NCBI GenBank assembly: GCA_036676985.1
Contig: JAKFBU010000039.1
Location: 64,001 to 128,000 of the forward strand
DNA: 64,000 nt
Direction of reading: 5' to 3'
Origin: Candidatus Sericytochromatia bacterium
GTDB taxonomy: Bacteria; Cyanobacteriota; Sericytochromatia; S15B-MN24; UBA4093
Positions 46,649-55,624 of the stretch are shown here, in pieces. The number at the start of each line of letters is the position of its first letter. The first letter of the stretch is position 1. The position numbers and the translations under genes were made by a program. Under the pieces are notes generated by a model. It had not been told where the DNA came from. It was given only the letters and a program-made list of their open reading frames with translations, and did not search any database.

Positions 46649-47878
46649 ATGTCCAGCCCGATCTCGACCAGCTCGCGCCAGGTTCCCGTCGCGCCCCAGC
46701 GCCCCGCGGCTCCGGCCCAGCCCCGAGCAGAGATTTGCCGCGTGCAGGGCGACAGCCTGCAGCTCGGACGCCAGCTGCCGCCGTCCCTGATCGAGGCGGA
46801 CCTGCGCATGACCATGACGGGCGGCACGGCCCTTGCAGCCGACGGCACCGTCACCATCCAGAAGGCCTTCGTCGATCGCCTGGTTCGCCACGCCCTGAAC
46901 GGCAGCCAGGACATCAAGGACGCCCGGATCGCCTTCGATGCCCAAGAGGGCGCCTTCTCGGTCCAGGCCAAGGTCGTCGTCAAGGGGATCCAGGTCCCCG
47001 TCGCGCTCAAGATCGCTCCGTTGATCGACCAGAACCAGGTCAGCTTCCAGTTCCGCGAGGTCGCCATCCCCACCCGCTTCGGCTCCGTCGAGCTCGACAT
47101 CATCAAGCGCAAGGCGACCGAGGCGATCGCCAAGGAGCTTCGCTACAACGGCTTCGCGAATACGACCGACGCCAAGCGCGGTGTCGTCCGCATGGACGTC
47201 AACAGCCTGCTCAGCCGTCTGGGGGCGCTGCCCTCGTTCGCGCGCATCGACTTCGACAAGACCCGCCTCTCGCTGGACGTGCAGGCCAACGGCAACATGG
47301 TCGTCGGCATGACGTCTCCCCAGCAGGCCCCCGTGTTGCCCAACACCTCGGCGTCGGACATCTCGGTCTTCGCTGACCAGCAGGCACTGCAGCAGGCCCT
47401 GCGCCAGGCTCTGGCTCCCGACTACGAGCTCCAGAACCTCACGCTCGACCAGGGCCGGCTGAAGCTCGACGGCAAGGCCGAGTTCAAGCAGGGCAGCGAC
47501 GCCATCAACGGCATCAAGGCGCTGGCGCTCATCCTCGCGGTCGCCGCCCGGGACCCCGTGGCCACGCAGATGAACACCAACCCCGAGCGCTTGATGGTGG
47601 GGCTCAGCCTCGACATCAAGCAAGAGGGCACCCAGTTCGTCATCACCCCGAGCATCGGCAAGGCCCTGAGCTCGCTCGAGGAGTCCATCAAGAAGGCCGG
47701 CCTGAATCCGGTCTCGGACGGCAAGAGCATCCGGTTCGACCTCAACGCGGTCTGGAAGGACAACTGCGGGACGATCGACGACCTGACCGTGAAGCGCGAC
47801 GGCGCCGGCGCCCGCATGCGCCTGGACATCGATTCGTTCTTCGATTCGCCTTGGCTCAAGCGGGACAGCAACGCCTAA
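46649..47878 (+). CDS. Hypothetical protein with repeated alpha/beta domains (possibly tubular lipid-binding)
   Basis: AAGGAG RBS, host-like codon usage, low-complexity N-terminus and no Sec signal. Confidence 0.75.
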   Translation: MSSPISTSSRQVPVAPQRPAAPAQPRAEICRVQGDSLQLGRQLPPSLIEADLRMTMTGGTALAADGTVTIQKAFVDRLVRHALNGSQDIKDARIAFDAQEGAFSVQAKVVVKGIQVPVALKIAPLIDQNQVSFQFREVAIPTRFGSVELDIIKRKATEAIAKELRYNGFANTTDAKRGVVRMDVNSLLSRLGALPSFARIDFDKTRLSLDVQANGNMVVGMTSPQQAPVLPNTSASDISVFADQQALQQALRQALAPDYELQNLTLDQGRLKLDGKAEFKQGSDAINGIKALALILAVAARDPVATQMNTNPERLMVGLSLDIKQEGTQFVITPSIGKALSSLEESIKKAGLNPVSDGKSIRFDLNAVWKDNCGTIDDLTVKRDGAGARMRLDIDSFFDSPWLKRDSNA

Positions 47879-47891
47879 ACTCCGGCAGCGC

Positions 47892-48533
47892 CTACCGGCT
47901 CGAAACCAGCTCGCTCTCGACGTTCCAACCCGGGATGTTCAGGTCGCTCTTGACGATGCCGACCCCCGGGGCCACCCAGTAGTCTCCAACCGCCGTGTAG
48001 GCCTGCGCATGGGTGCCGATGGCGCTGACCTTGTACGCCCGGTGCGTTCCGGCGCCGACCGTGACCGTCTCCTGGCCCTTGGCCTCACCGATCCACAGGC
48101 CGTCGTCCCACTTGGTACCCGCCGTGAGCGGGAAGCGCAGGAAGTCGAAGCTGTGGCCCTCGACGGTCGCCGCCGCGACGCCCAGGTACTCCACGTCCCG
48201 GATCGTGACCTTGTCCGCGGTCATGGTGACGACCGGGTAGCGGTAGCGGGTGGTGAAGGAGTCGATGGCCCGCATGGACAGGACCGTGGCCGTGCCCTCG
48301 CGACGCACGGACTCGATCTCCATGGTCTCGGTGCCCTCGTAGTCCACGTAGGGATCGTCCGCCGGGTGCGCGACCACCTTGTACTGCCATGTGTGGCCGG
48401 GCGTCGCCGGGAACATGGGGGCCTCGGAGGCGGCCTTCGCCTTCGGGGCGACCGTCACCGTGCGCATGCCCGCAGGCACGCCGCACCCCGCCAGCACCGC
48501 CATTGCCAACCCCGCCGAAAGCCACTGCTTCAT
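47892..48533 (-). CDS. Lipoprotein with DUF3108-like beta domain
   Basis: Lipobox LAGC; G.TWQY, ETVTVGAG and WVAPGVGIVK motifs. Confidence 0.75.
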   Translation of the reverse strand: MKQWLSAGLAMAVLAGCGVPAGMRTVTVAPKAKAASEAPMFPATPGHTWQYKVVAHPADDPYVDYEGTETMEIESVRREGTATVLSMRAIDSFTTRYRYPVVTMTADKVTIRDVEYLGVAAATVEGHSFDFLRFPLTAGTKWDDGLWIGEAKGQETVTVGAGTHRAYKVSAIGTHAQAYTAVGDYWVAPGVGIVKSDLNIPGWNVESELVSSR

Positions 48534-48694
48534 GGTCGCGCTCCTCTCTAACATTAAGGCCAGTTTAACAGTTAACCTAAAGACCGGCAAGGCGTTCGTG
48601 AGGCATGCGCGAGGGCTGGCCCAAGAAGTTCTCGGCCCGGGGCTTGGCACCCCGGACACGGGCATGGCCCATGGACATGGAAGGAGGAAGGCCC

Positions 48695-49150
48695 ATGCAT
48701 CTGATCAGCCCGGCGTTCGATCACGGAGCACCTATTCCCCCCGAGCACACCTGCGACGGCTCGAACGTCTCGCCCGAGCTGCGCTGGGACGACGTGCCGG
48801 AGGGGACGCAGAGCCTCGCGCTCATCGCGGACGACCCGGACGCCCCCCGCGGCACGTGGGTGCACTGGGTCCTCTACGATCTGCCCGCCGACGCCCAGGG
48901 CCTCCCCGCTCGGATCCCCGCTGGCAAGACCATTGCCGGCGGCGGCACGCATGGCCGCAACGACTTCCCGGAGCTCGGGTACGGCGGACCCTGCCCGCCT
49001 GGCGGCATCCATCGCTACTTCTTCAGGCTCTACGCGCTGGATCGCACGCTGGAGCTGGAGGCGGGCGCCACCAAGGATCGCCTCCTAGCGGCCATGCAGG
49101 GTCACGTGCTCGCCACCGCCGAGCTCATGGGGACCTACCGGCGGCGCTGA
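48695..49150 (+). CDS. YbhB/YbcL (PEBP/Raf kinase inhibitor-like) protein
   Basis: DDPDAP.GTWVHW and YGGPCPPGGIHRYFF motifs. Confidence 0.93.
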   Translation: MHLISPAFDHGAPIPPEHTCDGSNVSPELRWDDVPEGTQSLALIADDPDAPRGTWVHWVLYDLPADAQGLPARIPAGKTIAGGGTHGRNDFPELGYGGPCPPGGIHRYFFRLYALDRTLELEAGATKDRLLAAMQGHVLATAELMGTYRRR

Positions 49151-49162
49151 TCACCCCCGAAT

Positions 49163-49192
49163 ACTAACCTATCCTTAACACTATCTTAAGAA
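49163..49192 (+). promoter_or_regulatory. Pho-box/OmpR-type triple direct repeat upstream of the secreted nuclease
   Basis: ACTAACCT-atc-CTTAACAC-tat-CTTAAGAA with 11-bp period, similar to the cyanobacterial SphR box YTTAAYYW. Confidence 0.55.
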
Positions 49193-49252
49193 GGATTCCC
49201 TTCCGCGGGCGGGATATCCCCCTTGTCCCTGATCGTGGAAGGAGCTGCCGGC

Positions 49253-50212
49253 ATGTCGCTGCGACCCCGTTTCCTCTGGATCTCGCTGGTGGCCCTCAGC
49301 CTCGTGGGCTGCGGCGCGCCCCTCTCCGGGCCGACGGCGGGCACCTCGGCCGAGATGGCGGCCGACGCCAAGCTGCCGCCCGCCGGCAAGTTCAAGCTCG
49401 GGACCTACAACATCGAGAACCTCTTCGACGGCTCCAACACCGTCCTCGACCCCAAGACCAACCCCGCCAAGAGCGACGAGGACAAGAAGCTGCTCGCCAA
49501 GAGCATGCGCTCCCTCAACGCCGACGTCCTGGGCCTGGTGGAGGTCGAGTCGCTGGCCACCCTGCGCCATTTCCGCGACGGCTACCTCGCCGACATGGGC
49601 TACCAGTACATCGCCCTGGTCGAAGGCAACGACATGCGCGGCATCGACGTGGCCATCATGAGCCGCTACCCGATCACGCACATCAAGAGCCACCGCACCA
49701 CCACCTTCGGCGTGCCGGGCAAGCCGGCGCCCGAGCGACTGAGCCGCGACCTCTTGCAGGCGACCATCAAGCCGGGCAAGGGCTATTCGTTCACCTTCTT
49801 CATGACCCACCTCAAGGCCCGCCCCGGCGATGCCCCCTCGGATGCCAAGCGCCACGCCGAGGCTCAGTTCATCCGCCGCGTGCTGCGGGACTTCGAGGAA
49901 GAGCATCCCAACGCCAACTACGCCATGGCCGGCGACTTCAACGATCGACCCAACTCGGAGACCATCCGCTACTTCACGGAGGGACGCGATCGCGACCCCA
50001 AGCTCTTCGACGCCCTGTCGGAGCTTGGCCCCAACGCTTACTCCTACCACCCGATCAAGTACCGCGGCCGGATCGACTACATCTTCCTCTCGGAAGGCAT
50101 CCGCAAGGAATACGTCCCGGGGTCCGCGGCCATCCAGAACACGCCGGAGGCCGTGGAGGCCTCGGACCACCTGCCCGGCAGCGTCATCATCGACGCGACC
50201 CGTGACCTCTAA
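49253..50212 (+). CDS. Endonuclease/exonuclease/phosphatase-family lipoprotein
   Basis: Lipobox LVGC; TYNIENLFD, LVEVE, THLK, AGDFND, IDYI and ASDHLP motifs. Confidence 0.92.
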   Translation: MSLRPRFLWISLVALSLVGCGAPLSGPTAGTSAEMAADAKLPPAGKFKLGTYNIENLFDGSNTVLDPKTNPAKSDEDKKLLAKSMRSLNADVLGLVEVESLATLRHFRDGYLADMGYQYIALVEGNDMRGIDVAIMSRYPITHIKSHRTTTFGVPGKPAPERLSRDLLQATIKPGKGYSFTFFMTHLKARPGDAPSDAKRHAEAQFIRRVLRDFEEEHPNANYAMAGDFNDRPNSETIRYFTEGRDRDPKLFDALSELGPNAYSYHPIKYRGRIDYIFLSEGIRKEYVPGSAAIQNTPEAVEASDHLPGSVIIDATRDL

Positions 50213-50226
50213 TCCCATCCGCCCGG

Positions 50227-50253
50227 GGCCTGCCAGGACGAACCTGGCAGGCC
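50227..50253. terminator. Hairpin between convergent genes
   Basis: ggcctgccagg-acgaa-cctggcaggcc followed by tcttccttt. Confidence 0.65.
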
Positions 50254-50260
50254 TCTTCCT

Positions 50261-50560
50261 TTAGACCCTGAGGCGCGCCTGTTCCCAGGTGAAGAAGCGC
50301 TTGAGGAGGGTCCTCAGCACGACCATGACGGCCAGTCGCGCGAGGTGGTCCCAGCTGGGGACCGCCATCGCCGTGAGCAGGGTGCCCGCCAGCTTGAAGG
50401 AGAGGCCCATCACGGCGCCCTCGGCGACCAAGAGTCGGGCCGTCTGGATGCCTTGCGGTCGCGCGACGCTCCAGAGGGCCGCCATGCAGTAGCCTACGAC
50501 CCAGAGGGCCCCGATGAATTCCAGGAGGGCGGCTCCGTTTGCCACGGTGAGCTCAGGCAC
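50261..50560 (-). CDS. DUF1622-family membrane protein
   Basis: GLSFKLAGTLL..PSW...VVLRTLL; paired with a second DUF1622 gene. Confidence 0.75.
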   Translation of the reverse strand: MPELTVANGAALLEFIGALWVVGYCMAALWSVARPQGIQTARLLVAEGAVMGLSFKLAGTLLTAMAVPSWDHLARLAVMVVLRTLLKRFFTWEQARLRV

Positions 50561-50900
50561 TTGGAGCGCGCCCCTCGGCGTGCTCGATCTCGCGCTGCAG
50601 GAAGAAGTTGAGGGCCGTTCGGATCACGATGATGGCCGCCAGTTGGCCGATCTCGTTCCAGGTCGGGGCCACGGCCGTCCGGAGGATGTCCGCGGCGAGC
50701 TCGAACTCCAGGGCCAGGGCGAGCCAGCGCCCCAGATCCAGCCGGATGCCGTTGATGTCGGCGGCGGACCAGGGTCGCTGGAGGTAGGTGCGAACGGCGC
50801 GTACGGTGGTCATGAGGGCGGCCAGGCCGATGATGAGCGCGGCGCTCAGCTCGACCCCGGCCGCCAGGTAGAGGCTCCACTGCTTGAAGTACGCGAGCAC
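50553..50900 (-). CDS. DUF1622-family membrane protein
   Basis: IRLDLGRWLALALEFELAADILRT..PTW...IRTALNFFLQREI. Confidence 0.88.
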   Translation of the reverse strand: MLAYFKQWSLYLAAGVELSAALIIGLAALMTTVRAVRTYLQRPWSAADINGIRLDLGRWLALALEFELAADILRTAVAPTWNEIGQLAAIIVIRTALNFFLQREIEHAEGRAPSA

Positions 50901-50951
50901 TGGCCCCCCTTTGGCAAGAGGGAAGGGCGATCGCCCTTCCCTCACGAGTGC

Positions 50952-51440
50952 CTAGCGCTGCTGGCGCTCTTCGACCTTGGACTCGGGCGCCATGGTGATC
51001 TTGAGCTTGGGCGCCGACCGCTGCGGTTTGCTCTGCTCGAGGCGCTCGCCCAGGCGCTGGAGCATCTGCTCGCCCAGGACCTGGCGGGCCTTGGGGAACA
51101 TCTCCTGCTCCTCTTCCTCCACGTGATCCGCGATGATCTGCTTGAGCTCCTTGATCTTGGCGACGAGCTGGTCGTCGCCGAGATCATCGGTCAGCGAGCC
51201 CAGGAGGTCCTTCATCTCCTGGTGCTCCTCGAGGGCATGCTTGATCATTCCCTCGTCCTTGCTGGCCTCACGGAAGGCCGGATAGAAGATCTCCTCCTCC
51301 TCCTGCGCATGCAGCTGCAGCTCCTGGTTGATCTCCTGCACGATCTTGAGCCGGGCGACCCGTGAATCCAGCTCCTCGAAGCGCGCGATCAGTTGCTCCA
51401 CCTTGCGGTGGTCCTCCATCAGATGCTTGACGGCGTCCAT
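50952..51440 (-). CDS. Hemerythrin/HHE cation-binding protein
   Basis: DHRKV, HAQEEEEIFYP, EEH and HVEEEEQEMFP motifs. Confidence 0.9.
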   Translation of the reverse strand: MDAVKHLMEDHRKVEQLIARFEELDSRVARLKIVQEINQELQLHAQEEEEIFYPAFREASKDEGMIKHALEEHQEMKDLLGSLTDDLGDDQLVAKIKELKQIIADHVEEEEQEMFPKARQVLGEQMLQRLGERLEQSKPQRSAPKLKITMAPESKVEERQQR

Positions 51441-51535
51441 CGTGCCTCCTTCTCGCTAAAAGGCTCACCCTTCGTGCTAACCGTAACACGAGGGGTGAGC
51501 GAGGTTGAACAATCAGGCGACGCTTGGACAGCGGG

Positions 51536-52300
51536 CTAGAGCGGGCTCTTCTGGCCCGGAGTCAGCTCGCGCACCTTGATGTCGGTCCCCTTGAGGGCTT
51601 GGGTGAGCTCGGCAGGAGTGCCCTTCAGGAGCGGGAACGTGCCGTAGTGCATCGGAACCACCTGACTCACGCCGAGGTAGCGCGCCGCGACGGCTGCCTG
51701 AGCGGGATCGAGCGTGAAGTGGCCGCCGATGGGCAGCATGGCGACCTGCGGCTTGAAGACATCCCGCACGGCCTCGAAGTCGCGGGTCAGGCCCGTGTCA
51801 CCGGCATGCATGAGGGTGGGCTCCCCGTTGGCCTGCAGGATGAAGCCCACGGGCGTGCCGGCGTAGTGCGGGGGCTGCTCTCCGCCGCCGATGCTGCTCG
51901 AGTGGACGGCGGGCACCAGGGAGATGCGGATGCCCTTCACTTCGAAGGTGCCTCCGATGTTGCCGCCGATGCCGGGCGTGCCGCCCTTGGGCTGGAGCTG
52001 GCCGACCAGCTCGGCGCAACCGACCACCGGGGCCTTGAAGCGGGTGCTCAGGTCCGCGGCCGAGGACGAGTGGTCGAAGTGGCCGTGGCTGACGAGCACC
52101 GCGTCGACTCGATCGGGCCACTGGTAGCCCTTGGGGAACTTGGGGTTCTGCAGCCAGGGGTCGATGAGCACGCGGGTGCCGTCCTTGGCCTCGACGAGAA
52201 AGCCCGCGTGGCCGAGCCAGGTGACCTGCCAGGCATGGGCCGGGGCGGCCAGGGCGCAAACGCCGGCGACGGTGAGGGCTGCCAGGGTGCGTCGGAACAT
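51536..52300 (-). CDS. Exported metallo-beta-lactamase-fold hydrolase (UPF0173-like)
   Basis: Signal peptide; WLGHA, SHGHFDH, HAGDT, LPIGG and PMHYGTF motifs. Confidence 0.9.
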   Translation of the reverse strand: MFRRTLAALTVAGVCALAAPAHAWQVTWLGHAGFLVEAKDGTRVLIDPWLQNPKFPKGYQWPDRVDAVLVSHGHFDHSSSAADLSTRFKAPVVGCAELVGQLQPKGGTPGIGGNIGGTFEVKGIRISLVPAVHSSSIGGGEQPPHYAGTPVGFILQANGEPTLMHAGDTGLTRDFEAVRDVFKPQVAMLPIGGHFTLDPAQAAVAARYLGVSQVVPMHYGTFPLLKGTPAELTQALKGTDIKVRELTPGQKSPL

Positions 52301-52476
52301 GGGTCCTCCCTCCATTGAAAGCAAGAGACGGTTGATTGAACCATGTCCCGCCCGAGACCGCGACGCTCGACGTCGCCTCCCGGCCTCCCGGAGCGTCGGG
52401 GCTCGCTCGACCGGCCAGCCGGGGGAATTGGAGCTTCGAGCGTCTCAAACGGCACTTCATGCCGTATCATGGGAGC

Positions 52477-52851
52477 ATGCAACGCTGGTCGTCCATGCTG
52501 CTCGCCGTGCTCGTGCTCGCCCTCATGGGGCTGGCCCGCATGCCCGTGCCGTGCGTGGGCGACGGGGCGGGCCAGCATTGCACCGTCAACGCGTGCGCAT
52601 GCACCGACGCCTGCAGTTGCCGCCTCTCTTGCCAGGCCATGGCCTCCGACCCGCACTTCCTCTGCCGCATGGACCAGGGCGAAAAGGCACCGGCCCACTT
52701 TTCCCTGCCCGAGCCGCCGCCGGCCGTGCTCGGCGTGCGGATCGTCTGGCCGGCGCCGGTGGCCGCCGCCCCCGACCTGCCCGCCGCGGCCTCGTCCCGG
52801 GAGCCGCCCGTCCTCACCCTGCCCGAACCGCCCCCGCGCGCTCTTTCCTGA
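52477..52851 (+). CDS. Cys-rich exported leader protein with C-terminal Pro-rich motif (DUF2946/CutF/CruR-like)
   Basis: Signal/TM segment, HCTVNACACTDACSCRLSC, ending LPEPPPRALS. Confidence 0.7.
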   Translation: MQRWSSMLLAVLVLALMGLARMPVPCVGDGAGQHCTVNACACTDACSCRLSCQAMASDPHFLCRMDQGEKAPAHFSLPEPPPAVLGVRIVWPAPVAAAPDLPAAASSREPPVLTLPEPPPRALS

Positions 52852-52880
52852 TCAGACTTCCCTTCGCTAATCAGAAAGAG
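52841..52880 (+). promoter_or_regulatory. Stem-loop pairing the leader stop region with the downstream RBS
   Basis: ctctttcctgat (52841-52852) is complementary to atcagaaagag (52870-52880) with one bulge. Confidence 0.6.
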
Positions 52881-52889
52881 AGATCGGTC

Positions 52890-53828
52890 ATGAGACATGT
52901 CGTCTCGGGCCTGGCTGCTGCTTCGATCGCCTTGGCGATCGGCGGAGGCCCGGCCCTGGCATGCGGCACCTGCGCATGCTCGGTGAACATGAGCGAGGTC
53001 GGCGCCCTGGGGGGCGGCTCCAACCTCTACCAGCGCTCGAATCGCTTCCTCCTCCAGCAAGACGTCTCCTATCGGAGCGTCAACGGCACCTTCAACGACC
53101 AGGGCACCCTGCGCGACATCCCCATGGGATCGTCGATCCAGGCCATGCAGGCCACCTTCGGCCTCGCCTACTTCGCCACCCCCGAGTTCCTGATCGGCGT
53201 GCAGGCGCCCCTGCTCGGCAACATGTACCAGGGCGCCGCACCGGGCTCCTTCGGGACGGTGGGGCTGCTCGAGGCTGACAGCCGGGCTGCCTTCTTCGGG
53301 GACGTATCCCTGCAGGCCGCCTACCGCTTCCTGCCGGGCAACGGCCCCTGGCCCGCCCTCGGGATCTGGGCCGGCAGCCTTGCACCCACCGGGCGTGCGG
53401 CCGGGATCGACGCCGAGATCACGGGCGCCGGCGTCTGGAACGCCACGGCCGGCGCCACCGCCACGGGTGAGAGCGGCGCGTGGAGCTACGAGGGCAGCCT
53501 CGGCTACCAGCGCCCCCTCGGCACGCCCGTGGGCCAGGCGACCAACTACTTCATCGGAGACGCGGTGATCTTCCAGGCCACGGGCGGCTACCAGCTCGAC
53601 GAGAGCTGGAAGCTCGGCCTCGGCCTCAGCGGCTACCGCGGGCAGAGTCAGCAGCCGACGGGCAGCGCCATTGCCATGAGCAACGTCAAGGTCGTGCCGA
53701 GCGTGACCTACTCGTTCTCGCCGGACATGTCCGTGCGCCTGGGCATCGGCTTCACGCCGGGCTACGTGGCGCGCAACGCCCTCAGCGACCTGTCCGCCTA
53801 CTGCACGTTCTACCAGTACATGAACTAG
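52890..53828 (+). CDS. Outer-membrane beta-barrel transporter with N-terminal CxxCxC motif
   Basis: Signal peptide ending ALA then CGTCAC; FFGDVSL, APTG and GAG motifs of MetA-pathway/transporter barrels. Confidence 0.75.
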   Translation: MRHVVSGLAAASIALAIGGGPALACGTCACSVNMSEVGALGGGSNLYQRSNRFLLQQDVSYRSVNGTFNDQGTLRDIPMGSSIQAMQATFGLAYFATPEFLIGVQAPLLGNMYQGAAPGSFGTVGLLEADSRAAFFGDVSLQAAYRFLPGNGPWPALGIWAGSLAPTGRAAGIDAEITGAGVWNATAGATATGESGAWSYEGSLGYQRPLGTPVGQATNYFIGDAVIFQATGGYQLDESWKLGLGLSGYRGQSQQPTGSAIAMSNVKVVPSVTYSFSPDMSVRLGIGFTPGYVARNALSDLSAYCTFYQYMN

Positions 53829-53842
53829 CCGAAAGGAACATC

Positions 53843-54997
53843 ATGAAATCGATTATTCGCATCGCCCCGGCGCTCGGGGTGGTGCTCGTCCTCGGCTGCC
53901 AACCCAAGCTCCCCCACGACGGCACTCCGGCGGACGGGACCTCCGTCCAGGGCGTCAAATCGGTGGCTGCCATGGCGCACGTGCCCACGACCCGCTCGCC
54001 GCACGGCATCGCCTACGCCAACGGGCGGGCCTACGTGTGCAACGTGGGCTCCAACGTGCTCACGATGATCGACGGGGCCTCCGGCACCAAGCTCGCGGAC
54101 CTCACGGTCCAGCAGGGGCCGACCTACGCGGCTGCGAGCCACGACGGCACTCGGGTGTACGTGGCGAACGGCGCCTCGGGCAGCCTGAGCGTGGTCGACG
54201 GCGCCCAGGCCGTGACGCACGTCGAGGGCTTGGGCAGCAAGCCCGACAAGGTCCACGACACGGCGGACGGTCGCTATGCCTACGTCACGCTGGTCGGCGA
54301 GACCAACCTCGCCCGCGTCGACCTCCAGGCCACCCCGCCCACGGTGTCCAAGATCGCCGTCGGGCCCGCCGAGGGGCACCGCTCCTTGATCGTGCTGGAC
54401 GACATGGCGATCACCCCGGATTCCGCGGGCAACACCGTCCACCTCGTCGACCACACCACGCAGACGCCGACCCCCGTCACGGTGGGCACCAAGCCCAACG
54501 CCATGGCCGTCGGCAGCTACAGTGCGGACGGCGCGACCCGGCGCGTGCTCGTGGTGGGCAACGGCGGGTCCAACACGGCGTCGCTCATCGATCTGGCGAC
54601 CAAGGCCGTGGTGAAGACGCTGGACGTGGGGATCGCGCCCTCCGACGCGGTCGCCGTGGGCAAGCACGTGTACCTGACGAACTCCGGCTCGAACACGGTC
54701 TCGGTCATCGACGTGCAGGAGCAGAAGGTCGCAACCACGGTCCAGGTCGGAAGCAAGCCGGTCCACCCCTTCGTGGCGCCCGCGGGCGGCGGCGGTCCGG
54801 CGAGCCAGGTCTGGGTCGGCAACGACGGGGAGTCGTTCGTGTCGATCATCGACACGGCGACCAACGCGGTCTTCGCCAAGGTCGAGTGCCAGGCGGGGCA
54901 CCACAAGATGACCTTCTCGCCCGACGGAAAGAAGGCGTTCATCACCAACATCGCCTCGAACTCGGTGTCGGTCATCGACCGGACGACCATCAAGTAA
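53843..54997 (+). CDS. YncE/YVTN-repeat beta-propeller lipoprotein
   Basis: Lipobox VLGC; repeated YVxNxGSNTVSVID units; several His residues. Confidence 0.9.
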   Translation: MKSIIRIAPALGVVLVLGCQPKLPHDGTPADGTSVQGVKSVAAMAHVPTTRSPHGIAYANGRAYVCNVGSNVLTMIDGASGTKLADLTVQQGPTYAAASHDGTRVYVANGASGSLSVVDGAQAVTHVEGLGSKPDKVHDTADGRYAYVTLVGETNLARVDLQATPPTVSKIAVGPAEGHRSLIVLDDMAITPDSAGNTVHLVDHTTQTPTPVTVGTKPNAMAVGSYSADGATRRVLVVGNGGSNTASLIDLATKAVVKTLDVGIAPSDAVAVGKHVYLTNSGSNTVSVIDVQEQKVATTVQVGSKPVHPFVAPAGGGGPASQVWVGNDGESFVSIIDTATNAVFAKVECQAGHHKMTFSPDGKKAFITNIASNSVSVIDRTTIK

Positions 54998-55002
54998 GGC
55001 AA

Positions 55003-55028
55003 GAGGGGGCGGCAAATGCCGCCCCCTT
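55003..55028 (+). terminator. Hairpin terminator
   Basis: gagggggcggca-aa-tgccgccccctt. Confidence 0.6.
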
Positions 55029-55061
55029 CGTCTATCTTCCGGTTGATGGATGGGATAGGGA

Positions 55062-55138
55062 GTCATCCCGGCGAAAGCCGGGATCCAGGATCTACTCTGG
55101 GCTCGTCTACCCTGGACCCCGGCATGCGCCGGGGAGAC
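55062..55138. repeat. Inverted REP doublet (REPIN-like)
   Basis: gtcatcccggcgaaagccgggatccag ... ctggaccccggcatgcgccggggagac. Confidence 0.8.
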
Positions 55139-55172
55139 GGCCAACCGCTTGCGAATGAACCGAACCCTGTGA

Positions 55173-55616
55173 CTAGATCAGCGTCTTGACGATGTCCGTG
55201 CGGCTGATGATGCCCACCAGCGCACCCGCCGCGTCCACGACGGGCAGGCGATCGACCTTCTTGTCGACCATGAGGGAGGCCGCCTCGCTGATGTCCGCCT
55301 CGGGCCGGATGGTGACGGCCGGGGCCGTCATGATGGCCCCTACCCGGGCGCCCACCGTCTTCCGGATCTCCTCCCGGAAGTGGCCCGGGATCTCCATCGG
55401 GATGACGGCGTCGAGGATGGTCACGAAGGCGGGCGGCTTGATGGGCCGATCGCGATACATCAGGTCGCTCTCCGAGACCACGCCCACGACGCGATCGCCC
55501 TCCACCACCGGAAACCCGCCCACCGGGTGCTCTTTCCAGAGATCCAACAGCTCCTGGACGCGCGCGTCCTTGGCAATGGCGATCGCCGGACTGGTCATGA
55601 TCTCACCTACACGCAT
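55173..55616 (-). CDS. CBS-domain pair protein
   Basis: VGEIMT, GFPVV..VVGVVSESDL and RLPVVD..LVGIISRTD motifs. Confidence 0.93.
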   Translation of the reverse strand: MRVGEIMTSPAIAIAKDARVQELLDLWKEHPVGGFPVVEGDRVVGVVSESDLMYRDRPIKPPAFVTILDAVIPMEIPGHFREEIRKTVGARVGAIMTAPAVTIRPEADISEAASLMVDKKVDRLPVVDAAGALVGIISRTDIVKTLI

Positions 55617-55624
55617 AGCTCCTC

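Noticed and set aside
51536-52300. Beta-lactamase
   Set aside because: The motif set matches UPF0173-type MBL-fold hydrolases rather than class B beta-lactamases.
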